Below are positions 36,510 through 47,090 of a stretch of DNA of 64,000 nucleotides, piece by piece. The notes beneath the pieces were generated by a model. That model worked only from the letters and a program-made list of their open reading frames with translations. It had not been told where the DNA came from and ran no database searches. Source of the DNA: a bacterium (lineage in GTDB: Bacteria > Zhuqueibacterota > Zhuqueibacteria > Residuimicrobiales > Krinioviventaceae). Both the position numbers and the translations under genes were made by a program. Numbering within the stretch: the stretch's first letter is position 1; each line of letters begins with the position of its first letter. The stretch lies in the NCBI GenBank assembly GCA_963674595.2, contig CAXXFV010000003.1:96001-160000 (forward strand). The letters are read 5' to 3'.

Positions 36510-37310
36510 TTTTTGACCACTTAATATAGATATTTTTTCAGAAAAATCAAGTATATTTCAGATAAGAGAAATTGCTTCTTATAAATATTTTTATCTTTAT
36601 CTCTGATTGAAGAGGATTAATCTTACAAAATTATTATCAGATAAAATAAAACAGAATTTCATAACTCTATTATCCTATTCTCCCGTACACACATAATAAA
36701 TTTGTCGGTTCCGAGTATTCCTGGAAAAATAAAAAAAATACATTTATAACGATCAGCTTTTAAAAAATTATAGTATTATTCATCGAAATTTTTTAATATA
36801 TACTGTTCAATATTGGATGGATTTTGCAGCATATTATTTATATTTGATGATGTTGTTTAATAGTTATGGCTTGGAAAATCAAAAATTTTGTGAAAAATTG
36901 GTAGGTGATTATTATTTTTGTTTTACAGTTCCAAGTTATGCCATATGGGACATATCTTTATCATGTCACACCGGGACAGGCTGATAAAAAACAATGGTGC
37001 AGCAAATATGAAACGGCCTATACCTTACGAGCCATGCAGCCGTTTGGCGAAGATGGTCTGGGACAACGAATTGGCGGCATATACGGTCTAAGTGACCGGT
37101 AGAATCTATCGGCAGGTGCGGCAACTATTACAGTACACTCGATTCGTTTTACAATTATTCAAGCCGGAAGCTAAACAGTTATTATAAATGAATTTTTTAT
37201 CTTTTAAAAATAACTGTTGCATAAATACCTAGAATTTTTTATCTATCAATATAGAATAATATTATTTTTAAGCAATACCATATATTGTATATTTTCCAGG
37301 AGGAGTATGA

Positions 37311-37985
37311 ATGAAAACGAAAATTTCTGCCATATTAATACTATTTTTACTTTCTATTTCTCTTGTTTCCTGTCAAAAAAAAGAAACTGAATCCAAAACA
37401 GCGGTCTATCAGAAAAAAGAAACCAGGAAAAACGATTCTGCAAAGGAATTAAAACAAAAACAGGAAGAACTGGATAATTTAAAAGTCGAAACTGAACTTT
37501 TACTAGAGTCTTTAAAAAAGAAAGAATTAGACCTGGTTATCAAAGAAGCAAAACTGGACTCTGTAAAAGAAGCCATTGCTGAAAAGGAAAAAGAACTTTT
37601 AGAACAAGAAATATTATTGCGCAAAATGCGCTCAACTTCGTTTATTGTTTTATTTACCGGACTCGTATTTCTGATTATCGGGGTTGCGGCCCTGCTAATT
37701 CGCAAAAAAAATGATACGGAAATAATAATTCCACCGGTTCCTGAAGAACAAATAATTGCAGAAAAACCTGTTAAAGAACCTAAAACAGAAACAGAAATCA
37801 AAACAGAACCTAAAACAGAAACAGAACCTAAAACAGAAACAAAAACAAAAACAGAGCCTAAAACAACGCCAAAACGAAAAACAACAACAGCTAAAAAACC
37901 GGAAACAGATACGGCAGAAAAAAAGCCGGTAAAACCGAGAGCGCCGCGTAAAACAAAAACACAAAACCAAAAAGATAAAGAGTAA
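37311..37985 (+). CDS. Lipoprotein-signal, coiled-coil, TM protein with K/T/E/P low-complexity tail
   Basis: AGGAG RBS, LVSC lipobox, TM at about aa 110-130, KTETEP repeats. Confidence 0.75.
   Translation: MKTKISAILILFLLSISLVSCQKKETESKTAVYQKKETRKNDSAKELKQKQEELDNLKVETELLLESLKKKELDLVIKEAKLDSVKEAIAEKEKELLEQEILLRKMRSTSFIVLFTGLVFLIIGVAALLIRKKNDTEIIIPPVPEEQIIAEKPVKEPKTETEIKTEPKTETEPKTETKTKTEPKTTPKRKTTTAKKPETDTAEKKPVKPRAPRKTKTQNQKDKE
37776..37866 (+). repeat. Coding tandem repeat (GAACCTAAAACA / GAAACA units)
   Basis: Imperfect 12/18-bp units encoding EPKTET. Confidence 0.7.
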
Positions 37986-38011
37986 AAAGCCCGTTATCGG
38001 GCTTTTTTTTT
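37984..38011 (+). terminator. Intrinsic terminator
   Basis: AAAAAGCCCG-TTAT-CGGGCTTTTTTTT. Confidence 0.85.
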
Positions 38012-38157
38012 GTTAAAAAATTGTTTGAAATAAACAATTATCTTAATAATTTTAACTTTATTTAAAATTAAAAGACAGGAAAAATACTATTAATTCTATA
38101 CCGGAATTTTTAGAACAACTGGACCAACTGGTTGTCAAAAAAAATAAATTAGCAATA

Positions 38158-39111
38158 TTGCTTCATGATCATCCTGATCCGGACGCTATTGCAAGTGCAT
38201 CGGGTTTATCTTTTTTATTTCAGAACAGATATAATATTTCAAGCGATATTTTTTACACAGGGCTTATAAGCCGGGCCGAAAACAGGGCCATGGTTAAGGA
38301 ACTCAACCTTTTAATCAAACACCGAACAGTTTTTCGACTGAGGAAACATGACATTATCGCATTGATTGACACGCAACCTGAAGCAGGTAACCACTCTTTA
38401 CCGGAACAGTACAAATGCGATTTTATCATTGACCATCATCCTCAATATGCTACCAGCAAAAACATTTTAAATCTGATCGATACAAAAATCGGTGCAACAG
38501 CTTCACTCATAGTCGAACTTTTGTCTCAGGCGGATTTACTTGATAAAATACATCCCTACCTGGCAACAGCACTTACTTATGCCATCCGTTCGGAAACGCA
38601 AGAGTTGGGAAGAGAAACAAGCGACCGGGACATAAACGCATATCTTACCATCTATCCAAAATCAAACATCCGCCAGTTGTCAAAAATATCATATCCGAGT
38701 TTGCCGAATATATATTATAAAATGCTTTATAAGGCACTTCAGCAGGCACAAATCCACAAAAACCTTATCTGTGTTCATTTAAACCAGGTCCCTTTTCCGG
38801 AAATAGTTGCCGAAATGGCCGATATGTTCCTAAGGCACCAACGCGTTACATGGACGTTATGCACCGGCAGATACAAAAACAGACTTGTTTTTTCGCTGCG
38901 CTCATCACAGCCCGACGCGAAAGCCGGTAAAATGGTAAAACGCCTGGTACCGGTAAAAAAATATGCCGGAGGACACGGAACATTTGCCGGAGGATTTATT
39001 AAAGTTACAGACGACCAATTTGAAAGTGTTGAACAATCGGTTCAAATTAAATTTTCCGAATTATTTGACTATAACAATATCAAATGGAAATTGTTATTAG
39101 AAAAGGAGTAG
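38158..39111 (+). CDS. DHH/DHHA1 family phosphoesterase
   Basis: HDHPDPDAIAS, IDTQP, IDHH, GGHGTFAGG; the frame is open upstream, with a possible ATT start at 38089 after AGGA. Confidence 0.88.
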   Translation: MLHDHPDPDAIASASGLSFLFQNRYNISSDIFYTGLISRAENRAMVKELNLLIKHRTVFRLRKHDIIALIDTQPEAGNHSLPEQYKCDFIIDHHPQYATSKNILNLIDTKIGATASLIVELLSQADLLDKIHPYLATALTYAIRSETQELGRETSDRDINAYLTIYPKSNIRQLSKISYPSLPNIYYKMLYKALQQAQIHKNLICVHLNQVPFPEIVAEMADMFLRHQRVTWTLCTGRYKNRLVFSLRSSQPDAKAGKMVKRLVPVKKYAGGHGTFAGGFIKVTDDQFESVEQSVQIKFSELFDYNNIKWKLLLEKE

Positions 39112-39115
39112 CACA

Positions 39116-40552
39116 TTGAAACCAAACTGGATGGCACAACTAGCCTCTCATTACCAGACAATTAGAAAAAAATACCCAAACGACAAACTTTTAATCCTAT
39201 TTGATATAGATGATACAATCATTGATATTAGTTACCTCATATTAGATGTTTTACAAGCCTATGACAAAGAAAACAAAACAAAATATTTTAGAAATTTCAG
39301 TGTAACAGATATTGATGTACATGAAAATCAGGTTAATATATTAATAGACCGCCTCGACATTCCTGAAAATGAAAAACAAAAAATAATCGATTATTACGAA
39401 AAAAACCGCTGGAAATGGTATTCCATTTTACAAAGCCACAAACCGTTTTCCGGTGTCCTGGAAGTCATCCGCTGGTTTCAGCTTCAGGAAAATACTTTTG
39501 TCGGGCTGAATACAGGACGCCCGGAAATTATACGTGACGATACATTAAAATTTTTAAACATTTTGGGACAAGAATTCAAGGTCCAATTTACGTCTGACCT
39601 ATTATACATGAACCCAAACGACTGGGAAACAGGAGTCGAAAACGCCAAAGTAGCCGGCATAAGGAAATTTCAAAACCAGGGGTACCGTGTTTTTGGATTC
39701 GTTGATAATGAACCCGTCAATATAAATGTGGTGTCAAAAATCGATCCGAATAAAGAGATCCTGCTACTACATGCCAATACCATTTTTGAATCAAAAATGA
39801 ACAATTTGCCAAAGCATACCGTTGATGGCGAAAAATACGAATTGACGGAATTTTTATCAAAACAATCCATCCCTCAGCACATTCAGTTTGTATGGCATGG
39901 AATAAATAGCGAAGTGAATCTAGAAAACTTTCTCTTTTCTGATATAACCTGGGGCGAGTGTGACGTTCGAATAAATCCGTTTGATGATGAAATCGTTCTA
40001 CGACATAGTTCTTTTGTTGATAAAAAACTGCAGCCTGACGAAGAATTATTAACGTTGGATATTTTACTTTCCACACTTACAGAAACCGACAAATCCCTCA
40101 AAGTAGATTTAAAAGCAGGTGTTGCACTTATCGAACGAATTATTAAACTTTTTGATAAATACAATATGTCGCAGGACAGATTGTGGTTTAACGGTATGAT
40201 TGAACGACTTCAAAAACAGGGCTTTCAGCTCATATCTCAAACCTTTCCCAATGCAATTATTCAATGTTCGATTGATTTTTTAGGACCTTTGGCTTTTAGT
40301 GCCCCGGAAAAAGCAATAGACATATTAAATATGTTTCAGGAATGGGGTATTAACCGTTTTTCAATCAACTGGAAAAATGAAGACAGACATGCTCTTTATG
40401 AATTACTGGAACGTCACGGACTGGATATTAATTTATACAACATCCCGGACCTTGAAGCATTTTTACAGGCAGCGCTGCTTGTTCCCCGGTCAATTACATC
40501 TGATTTTGATTTTCCCCAATGGCGATATTACGGAAGAGGTACAAAAGAATAA
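39116..40552 (+). CDS. HAD-like phosphatase fused to GDPD-like/DUF2181 TIM barrel
   Basis: LFDIDDT, TGR, VDNEP; second domain WHGIN, ECDVR, VLRH, KVDLK. Confidence 0.7.
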   Translation: MKPNWMAQLASHYQTIRKKYPNDKLLILFDIDDTIIDISYLILDVLQAYDKENKTKYFRNFSVTDIDVHENQVNILIDRLDIPENEKQKIIDYYEKNRWKWYSILQSHKPFSGVLEVIRWFQLQENTFVGLNTGRPEIIRDDTLKFLNILGQEFKVQFTSDLLYMNPNDWETGVENAKVAGIRKFQNQGYRVFGFVDNEPVNINVVSKIDPNKEILLLHANTIFESKMNNLPKHTVDGEKYELTEFLSKQSIPQHIQFVWHGINSEVNLENFLFSDITWGECDVRINPFDDEIVLRHSSFVDKKLQPDEELLTLDILLSTLTETDKSLKVDLKAGVALIERIIKLFDKYNMSQDRLWFNGMIERLQKQGFQLISQTFPNAIIQCSIDFLGPLAFSAPEKAIDILNMFQEWGINRFSINWKNEDRHALYELLERHGLDINLYNIPDLEAFLQAALLVPRSITSDFDFPQWRYYGRGTKE

Positions 40553-40558
40553 AAACGA

Positions 40559-41506
40559 TCATGACGGCTTTTTAAAAATTTCCAAAACTGTTTCAACGAT
40601 CTGAGTTTCAGATAACCGGTCGATATCAAGCCACTCAATTCGCAGGTCTTTACGAAACCAGGTAAGTTGTCGTTTGGCATAACGCCGTGTATTCTTTTTT
40701 ATCGTATCCACCATTTCCGTAAAAACCAACTCGTTATTTAAATAAGCAAACACTTCTTTATAACCAACGGTTTTCAGTGCGTTAAGCGATCCGTCAAAGC
40801 CCTGCTTTTTTAAGGACTCTACTTCCTCCAGCAAACCGTCTTTAAACATTTCGTCAACACGATATTCAATTCGGGAATAAAGTTCACTACGTTCACGAGT
40901 TAACCCTACAAAAACAGGTTGGAAATCAGCGGCATCCTCCTGCCCCTTTTGATATATTGAAATAGGCTCTCCTGTCAAATCATATACTTCCAGGGCCCGA
41001 ACAACCCGCTGAATATCATTTGGATGTAACCGTTTGGCTGAAACCGGATCAACTTTTTCCAACGCAGCAAAAACAGACTCAACACCGTCGGTTTCAACTT
41101 TTTTATGCCATTTTTCTTTTACAGTCAAATCCGAAACGCCAGGGGCAAAAAGACCATCCACCAAAGCTTGTATATAAAATCCGGACCCGCCGACCACAAC
41201 AGGAACAATTCCGTTTCGCAACAGGCCGTAAACACAATTTCGTGCCTCTCTTCCATACTCTCCGGCGCTGTAAAATTGGTCCGGCTCCCTGACATTTATA
41301 AAATGATGTTGAACGCTGTCAAGTTGTTCATGTGTTGGTTTGGCTGTTCCGATATCCATGTATTTATAAACCTGACGGGAATCCGCTGAAACAATATCAC
41401 CACCTAGTTTTCGGGCAATGTGAATTGAAACATCGGTTTTACCGACTGCTGTCGGGCCAACCAATATTAAAACTTTATTTTCTTTCAAAACGTTTGTCAA
41501 GTTCAT
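40559..41506 (-). CDS. miaA: tRNA dimethylallyltransferase
   Basis: GPTAVGKT, SADSRQVYKYMDIGTAKP, TRRYAKRQLTWF. Confidence 0.98.
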   Translation of the reverse strand: MNLTNVLKENKVLILVGPTAVGKTDVSIHIARKLGGDIVSADSRQVYKYMDIGTAKPTHEQLDSVQHHFINVREPDQFYSAGEYGREARNCVYGLLRNGIVPVVVGGSGFYIQALVDGLFAPGVSDLTVKEKWHKKVETDGVESVFAALEKVDPVSAKRLHPNDIQRVVRALEVYDLTGEPISIYQKGQEDAADFQPVFVGLTRERSELYSRIEYRVDEMFKDGLLEEVESLKKQGFDGSLNALKTVGYKEVFAYLNNELVFTEMVDTIKKNTRRYAKRQLTWFRKDLRIEWLDIDRLSETQIVETVLEIFKKPS

Positions 41507-43280
41507 CCATAGATATAGTAATCATTGTCGGGCGCCCGTGCGGACAAAAATAGGGATTGTCGCAAGCAAATAGCTGGTCCACCAGGGTATTCATAGCCTC
41601 ATAGGAAAGCCGTTCGCCGGCCATAATCGAGGAACGGCAGGCAAAACTTTTTGCCACACGTTCCTGAATATCGACTTCTGTTCCCAGTTTAATTTTATAT
41701 TCATCAAGAATATCCAGCAATGCTTTTTCTTCATTACCAATGCGCATGCCGGACGGCACACCTTCAACGATAATTGTACGTCCGCCGAACCCTTTTACTA
41801 CAAATCCCAGTTTTTCTAAAAACGGTAATATGTCCATAAGATATTGAAAATCTTCTGGAGAAAGTTCAACTGTTTCAGGAAAAAGTAATTGTTGTGAAGA
41901 GGCATCGCGTGCTCTGAAACTTTCTATTGCTTTTTCATACAAAATTCTTTCATGCGCCGCATGCTGATCAATTAAAACAATACCGCTTTTAATCTGCGAT
42001 AAAATAAACTTGTTATGAAATTGAAACATGTTTACAGATTCTGAGGCAGGTGGCTGCTGACTGCGTGAACTTGTTGTTTCCAGAGAATAATGCGACATCG
42101 GTGGCGCCGCAGGCATTACCGGCCCGGCAGAATTGGGATGGGCATCAAAATCGATGCTGGTTTGCATGGATGAAAAATTACGCATATCATCGATTAATGC
42201 GCGTCTTTTAAAAGATTTAAAGTCATTCGCACCAACCGGACTTGTGTTACCAGTTTCATCAAAATCCATGCCGGTCACAATCTGATCGGAAGCCAGCGTC
42301 CTCTTGATAGCACCGCGTACGAGCGAATAAATCATCTGCTGATCGGCAAATTTTATTTCACTTTTTGTCGGGTGAACATTAACGTCAATCCGTTCGGGTT
42401 TTATGTCCATTAATAAAACATAAAGAGGATACGTCCCTTTGGGAATGGTGTCCCCATATCCGGCAACAACGGCAGCGCCTATCGTGCGGTCTGTAATATA
42501 GCGGTTATTCACAAACAGGAATTGATCATTCCGCGATTTTCGAATGATTTCATTATCACCGATAAAACCGGTAAAATTAAACAGAGCATTTTTTTCCTGA
42601 ACTTTAACAACATGGTCTTTAACACGCTCACCTAAAACCTGACCAAGTCGTTCTTCAAAAGATACCGGTTTATAGTTAAATACCTCTTTTTCCTCGTTAA
42701 CCAGACTAAATCCGATTTGAGGATAACATAATGTAAATCTGTTTATTACAGACAGAATATGCCGATATTCCGTAGAAGGCGTACGTAAAAATTTTCGTCG
42801 GCCTGGTGTGTTGAAAAACAGGTTTTTAACGGAAATCATAGTTCCATGATTTCCACCGGTATGATCAACCTTTTGAACAATGCCGCCATCAATTGTAATC
42901 AACGTTCCTTCGATGGCATCTTTGGGCACAGTCCGCATTTCTACCTGAGAAACAGATGCAATACTTGCCAGCGCCTCACCGCGAAACCCGAGTGTACCGA
43001 TTCGTTCCACATCAGCAAAAGTCTCAATTTTGGAAGTTGCATGCCGTTGAAAAGACATAATGGCATCCTGCTCTTCCATTCCTGATCCGTTATCTATAAT
43101 TTGAATAAGGCTTGTTCCGCCGCCCTTGATAATAACACTGATTCTATCGGCACCGGCATCAATAGAATTTTCTATCATCTCTTTTACAACAGAAGAAGGA
43201 CGGTCAATAACTTCACCGGCAGCAATTTTATTTATTAAATTTTCCGGTAATACTTTAATTTTATATTTATTATCGTTCAC
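41475..43280 (-). CDS. mutL: DNA mismatch repair endonuclease MutL
   Basis: NKIAAGEV, GFRGEAL, DVNVHPTK, DQHAAHERILYE, CPHGRP. Confidence 0.98.
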   Translation of the reverse strand: MNDNKYKIKVLPENLINKIAAGEVIDRPSSVVKEMIENSIDAGADRISVIIKGGGTSLIQIIDNGSGMEEQDAIMSFQRHATSKIETFADVERIGTLGFRGEALASIASVSQVEMRTVPKDAIEGTLITIDGGIVQKVDHTGGNHGTMISVKNLFFNTPGRRKFLRTPSTEYRHILSVINRFTLCYPQIGFSLVNEEKEVFNYKPVSFEERLGQVLGERVKDHVVKVQEKNALFNFTGFIGDNEIIRKSRNDQFLFVNNRYITDRTIGAAVVAGYGDTIPKGTYPLYVLLMDIKPERIDVNVHPTKSEIKFADQQMIYSLVRGAIKRTLASDQIVTGMDFDETGNTSPVGANDFKSFKRRALIDDMRNFSSMQTSIDFDAHPNSAGPVMPAAPPMSHYSLETTSSRSQQPPASESVNMFQFHNKFILSQIKSGIVLIDQHAAHERILYEKAIESFRARDASSQQLLFPETVELSPEDFQYLMDILPFLEKLGFVVKGFGGRTIIVEGVPSGMRIGNEEKALLDILDEYKIKLGTEVDIQERVAKSFACRSSIMAGERLSYEAMNTLVDQLFACDNPYFCPHGRPTMITISMDELDKRFERK

Positions 43281-43382
43281 ATTATCCTGCTAAAATAATT
43301 CATACACAAGTATACAGTATACCAATTTCCGGTTAGATTTCAAAGAATTTTATCCGGGAGAAAAAGTTGGACTGGAATTTTA

Positions 43383-44132
43383 TTACTTTAGTAAAAGCAT
43401 TTTTCGGCAGGCAGAGTAGGAATTTACGGATATATGATAATAATAAACACCGGATGAAAGAGAATTCCCGTCAATAATGATTTGATAATGTCCCTGTTTC
43501 AAAAAACGGTCAACGCATTGTTTCACTTTTTGTCCGGATGTATTAAAAACTGAGATCAGGACGTGCCCGGACTGCTCAAGTTCAAATTCTATTGTTGTAG
43601 AAGGATTAAATGGATTTGGAAAATTTTGACTCAATGAATATTGTAGAGGCACATTTGTTTGGTCAGTTTGAACCAATGTGGATGTTTGAAATTCTAAAAA
43701 ACCATTTACAGTATGAATGCTCTCTACTAAATTACCCTCCGGATTTGCAATCAACAGTCCTTCAGCAAAACGCAGCGAGTCCTGTTCCGGCAAATCAGCA
43801 GACAAACAATTATATTGTAAGCTGAAAAGCTGATGATTTCCAGGAGTAATAACAGCCCCCGTTAGTGAAAAAAACAGAATTTTGTTTTCGCGTTTTAAAA
43901 AACTAAAATCATCAAACTCGTCATTTACAATTAGAGAGTCTAAAAGGAAAAGACCGCTGTCGTTTTGGATTTCCAATTGAACTCCACTGACAGGCACCTC
44001 GTTTTCCAAATAAACCGGAACCCAAAACTCTTGTTCGGCAGGCCCGCTAAATGATCCGATTTTCAGTGTGACGGCATGTGCACAGCCGGCAATAAAAGTG
44101 AAGCAAATTAATTGTAATATCCAATTTTTCAT
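43383..44132 (-). CDS. Secreted cohesin-like domain protein with T9SS-like CTD
   Basis: Signal peptide, VPVYLENEVPVSGVQ, QNFPNPFNPST...SSGVYYY. Confidence 0.7.
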   Translation of the reverse strand: MKNWILQLICFTFIAGCAHAVTLKIGSFSGPAEQEFWVPVYLENEVPVSGVQLEIQNDSGLFLLDSLIVNDEFDDFSFLKRENKILFFSLTGAVITPGNHQLFSLQYNCLSADLPEQDSLRFAEGLLIANPEGNLVESIHTVNGFLEFQTSTLVQTDQTNVPLQYSLSQNFPNPFNPSTTIEFELEQSGHVLISVFNTSGQKVKQCVDRFLKQGHYQIIIDGNSLSSGVYYYHISVNSYSACRKMLLLK

Positions 44133-44165
44133 TTTATTCGATATAAAGAATGAAGAGCGGTAAAT

Positions 44166-44190
44166 AAAAAAGCCCTGTTTTAAACAGGGC
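44166..44190 (-). terminator. Intrinsic terminator of the BMC operon
   Basis: Minus strand GCCCTGTTTAAAACAGGGCTTTTTT. Confidence 0.75.
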
Positions 44191-44196
44191 CAAATT

Positions 44197-44979
44197 TTAC
44201 TTTAATTTTGCTATGACCTGCCGGGTAATATTTTCAATAAGTTCAGCGGAAACAGGCTCATTTGTCTGAGGGGCCGAACCGGAGGTGTTTGTGCTGCAAG
44301 CACCGGTAATTTCACAAGCAGGGATACTCGCAGTAAGTCCCAATCTCTGTCGCAAGGCCATTAATTCCTCAACGTCTTTACCGCCTAATCCCTGAATATT
44401 ACCCAATTGATGAGCAACAAACATAATTTTTGCAAAATGCTCCATGGTTTCCATTTTATAGTGAGCATTTATAACAGAATCACCAACAGTAATTGCACCG
44501 TGATTTTCCAGTAAAATAGCATCATAGGTTTGAAAATATTTAACAACCACATCAGCCAGTTCCTGGGTACCGGGTGTTGCATATTCTGCAATAGGAATAG
44601 AGCCAACCGTAACAACAACTTCCGGCAGCACACACTGGTTTAATGGGATACCGGCAACAGCATAACCGGTTGCTGTTGGCGGATGCGCATGAACAACGGA
44701 ATTAACATTATCACGGGATTTGTAAATCGACAGGTGCATTTTTGACTCTGAAGATGGTTTGGATGAGCCTGATACTTTATTGCCATCAATATCAACAACA
44801 ACAAGTTCATCTATCGTTAAAAATCCCTTACTCCGGCCTGTCGGAGTCATGACGATATGACCATTATCAACCCGGACGGAAACATTTCCGTCATTCGCAG
44901 CCACATAACCGCGATCATAAATTCTTTTACAAACATCAATAATTTGTTTTTTTGCAGTATATACAGAATTAGTAGCCAT
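44197..44979 (-). CDS. Class II aldolase (fuculose/rhamnulose-1-P aldolase-like) with C-terminal BMC encapsulation peptide
   Basis: GNVSVR, PSSE, VVHAHP, LLENHG; tail SAELIENITRQVIAKLK. Confidence 0.88.
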   Translation of the reverse strand: MATNSVYTAKKQIIDVCKRIYDRGYVAANDGNVSVRVDNGHIVMTPTGRSKGFLTIDELVVVDIDGNKVSGSSKPSSESKMHLSIYKSRDNVNSVVHAHPPTATGYAVAGIPLNQCVLPEVVVTVGSIPIAEYATPGTQELADVVVKYFQTYDAILLENHGAITVGDSVINAHYKMETMEHFAKIMFVAHQLGNIQGLGGKDVEELMALRQRLGLTASIPACEITGACSTNTSGSAPQTNEPVSAELIENITRQVIAKLK

Positions 44980-45002
44980 AATACCTTCTCATGTTTTTTA
45001 GT

Positions 45003-45275
45003 TTATTTTTTTAAATCAATTCGGTCAATAAAACCGACGATAACACTTCGAACAGGCGCCTGCACCTGTCCTAAAATATCGGAAGCCGCTTTGCCTTCCC
45101 GGGACACGAGGACAACATCTCCAATACCGGCATCAACAGAATCAACAGCAACAGTAACAGCTCCGGTTGGATTGAGGTCCAAATCAAGAGATTCAACAAG
45201 CATCAGTTTTGTGTTTTTATAACACGAATGCTTGACGGTTGAGACAATATTTCCAATTACGACGTTAATTTCCAT
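45003..45275 (-). CDS. BMC pentamer (EutN/CcmL)
   Basis: VIGNIVSTVK, AVDSVDAGIGDVVL, IVGFID. Confidence 0.92.
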   Translation of the reverse strand: MEINVVIGNIVSTVKHSCYKNTKLMLVESLDLDLNPTGAVTVAVDSVDAGIGDVVLVSREGKAASDILGQVQAPVRSVIVGFIDRIDLKK

Positions 45276-45279
45276 TTGC

Positions 45280-45597
45280 TTACATTTTCTTCTTTTGCCA
45301 TTGTTTTAACAAACTTTTTATCTTTTCGCGATCATCTACATAATGTGAGTCGATAATTCCAACGATTGAAGCATCAGACGGGATTTTCTTTCCGGGAATC
45401 GCAAATGTTCCTTCGCGTGACCCTACCCAAAAAACAAAATCACCTTCGCCGGAACCAATTGCATCTGCGGCAATAATAGGTGTACCAACCGGTTGCATAT
45501 CATCGTTTAACGGCTGTAATACATAAAGTTTAACTCCTGTTAATTGGGGATCTTTATGCGTTGCCCAAATTTTGCCTACAACTTTACCTAGTTTCAT
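45280..45597 (-). CDS. BMC pentamer (EutN/CcmL)
   Basis: GKVVGKIWATHK, AADAIGSGEG, DASIVGIID. Confidence 0.92.
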   Translation of the reverse strand: MKLGKVVGKIWATHKDPQLTGVKLYVLQPLNDDMQPVGTPIIAADAIGSGEGDFVFWVGSREGTFAIPGKKIPSDASIVGIIDSHYVDDREKIKSLLKQWQKKKM

Positions 45598-45606
45598 AAC
45601 CGACTC

Positions 45607-47040
45607 TTAAACAACACGTAAATAATCAACCATTGAACAACGTCGCATACGGGTAAAAGTACGTGCAGACGTGATACCTTCACCGGTTGGACTTGCAATA
45701 CTGTGAGTTAAAAAACCTTCACCGCCAACACCAAGACCAGCAGTCGAGGGACCATTTTTAACAAAAAGGGTACAATTCATAATTTTACCCATTTTGGTCA
45801 GATTTTCTACATTCTTGGAATGCATAATAGCGGTGTGACGGAATCCGTGTTCTACTTTTCGAGCCAGTTGAATAGCAGCATCAACATTGGGTGAACGTAA
45901 AAACGGTAAACAATTCATCATCTGTTCGCCAACCACAAAGGGATGATCATCCGGGGTTTCGCCAAAAAGCATAACCGTATCTTTAGGAATGGTTATACCC
46001 AGTGCATTTGCCAGATAATGTGCATCTTTACCGACAAATTCTCTATTCAGAACCGGTTCATCTGTTCCTCGTCCGCCATTTTTAAAGACCTTTTCTGCCA
46101 GGGCGTTCATCTGGTCCAAAGACAATTCAAAAGAATTATGGGCAATCAGTTGTCGTTTCAGTTCGTCTGCAACACTGTTGACAACGATAATAATTTTTTC
46201 AGCAATACATAATAAATTATTATCAAAAGTCGCACCGGCTATAATGCTTTTAGCGGCATTTTCCAAATCTGCTGTTTCATCGACAACAACAGGCGGATTA
46301 CCAGGCCCGGCACAGATGGCACGTTTACCGGCTTTCATGGCAGCCCTTACAACGCCTGGGCCACCGGTGATACATAAAATAGCAATCTTGGGATGGGTAA
46401 AAAGTGCTGTTCCTGTGTCCATGGTCGGCGTTTTAACAGAAGTAAGCAGGTTTGCCGGCCCGCCAACATTTATAATCGCTTTGTTTATCTTTTCAACAGC
46501 ATAGTTTGATACGTTTTTGGCGCCGGGATGAGGATTCATTACAGCAGAATTACCAGCCGCAATCATACTGATGGCATTATTAATCAACGTAGGTACCGGA
46601 TGCGTAGAGGGTAATATCGCACCAATAACACCAAAAGGCGCCATTTCAACAACAGTCAGTCCATGATCGCCGGACCAGGCAACTGTTTCCAGGTCTTCTA
46701 CACCAGGGGTCATTTTAGAGGCGAGATCACATTTCATCACCTTGTGCTCTAAATTCCCCATTTTGGTTTCCTCAAAAATCCTTGTAGCAAAATCTCTGGC
46801 ATTTTCAATGCCGACATTTCGGATAGCCTGAATTATCTCTTTTCTTTTTTCCAAAGACATCTCAGCCAGTGCTGCCTGCGCATCATAAGCAGCATTTACC
46901 GCTTCGTCAATAGTATCAAATAAACCGTATCCGGTGCAGGTAGAGCAGGTTTCGCTCGTTGTAGCTTTACCATTGCGATCCAGTTCGTCTAAAACTTTCT
47001 GAACAATGGTATTAATTTGAGATTGGTCCATTTTTTTCAC
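45607..47040 (-). CDS. Acylating aldehyde dehydrogenase (EutE/PduP family) with N-terminal encapsulation peptide
   Basis: MDQSQINTIVQKVLDEL, AGPGNPP, FDNNLLCIAEK, SPTGEG. Confidence 0.93.
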   Translation of the reverse strand: MKKMDQSQINTIVQKVLDELDRNGKATTSETCSTCTGYGLFDTIDEAVNAAYDAQAALAEMSLEKRKEIIQAIRNVGIENARDFATRIFEETKMGNLEHKVMKCDLASKMTPGVEDLETVAWSGDHGLTVVEMAPFGVIGAILPSTHPVPTLINNAISMIAAGNSAVMNPHPGAKNVSNYAVEKINKAIINVGGPANLLTSVKTPTMDTGTALFTHPKIAILCITGGPGVVRAAMKAGKRAICAGPGNPPVVVDETADLENAAKSIIAGATFDNNLLCIAEKIIIVVNSVADELKRQLIAHNSFELSLDQMNALAEKVFKNGGRGTDEPVLNREFVGKDAHYLANALGITIPKDTVMLFGETPDDHPFVVGEQMMNCLPFLRSPNVDAAIQLARKVEHGFRHTAIMHSKNVENLTKMGKIMNCTLFVKNGPSTAGLGVGGEGFLTHSIASPTGEGITSARTFTRMRRCSMVDYLRVV

Positions 47041-47090
47041 CTTTTTTATTACAAATAAAAATCATTATCAAAATATAGAGTAAGACAAGA

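Noticed and set aside
36905-37102. 65-aa ORF right of the att site
   Set aside because: No RBS or recognisable motif; may be a gene remnant but cannot be supported.
37695-37970. Cys/Phe-rich minus-strand ORF (CFCFRF repeats)
   Set aside because: Antisense shadow of the KTETEP tandem repeat.
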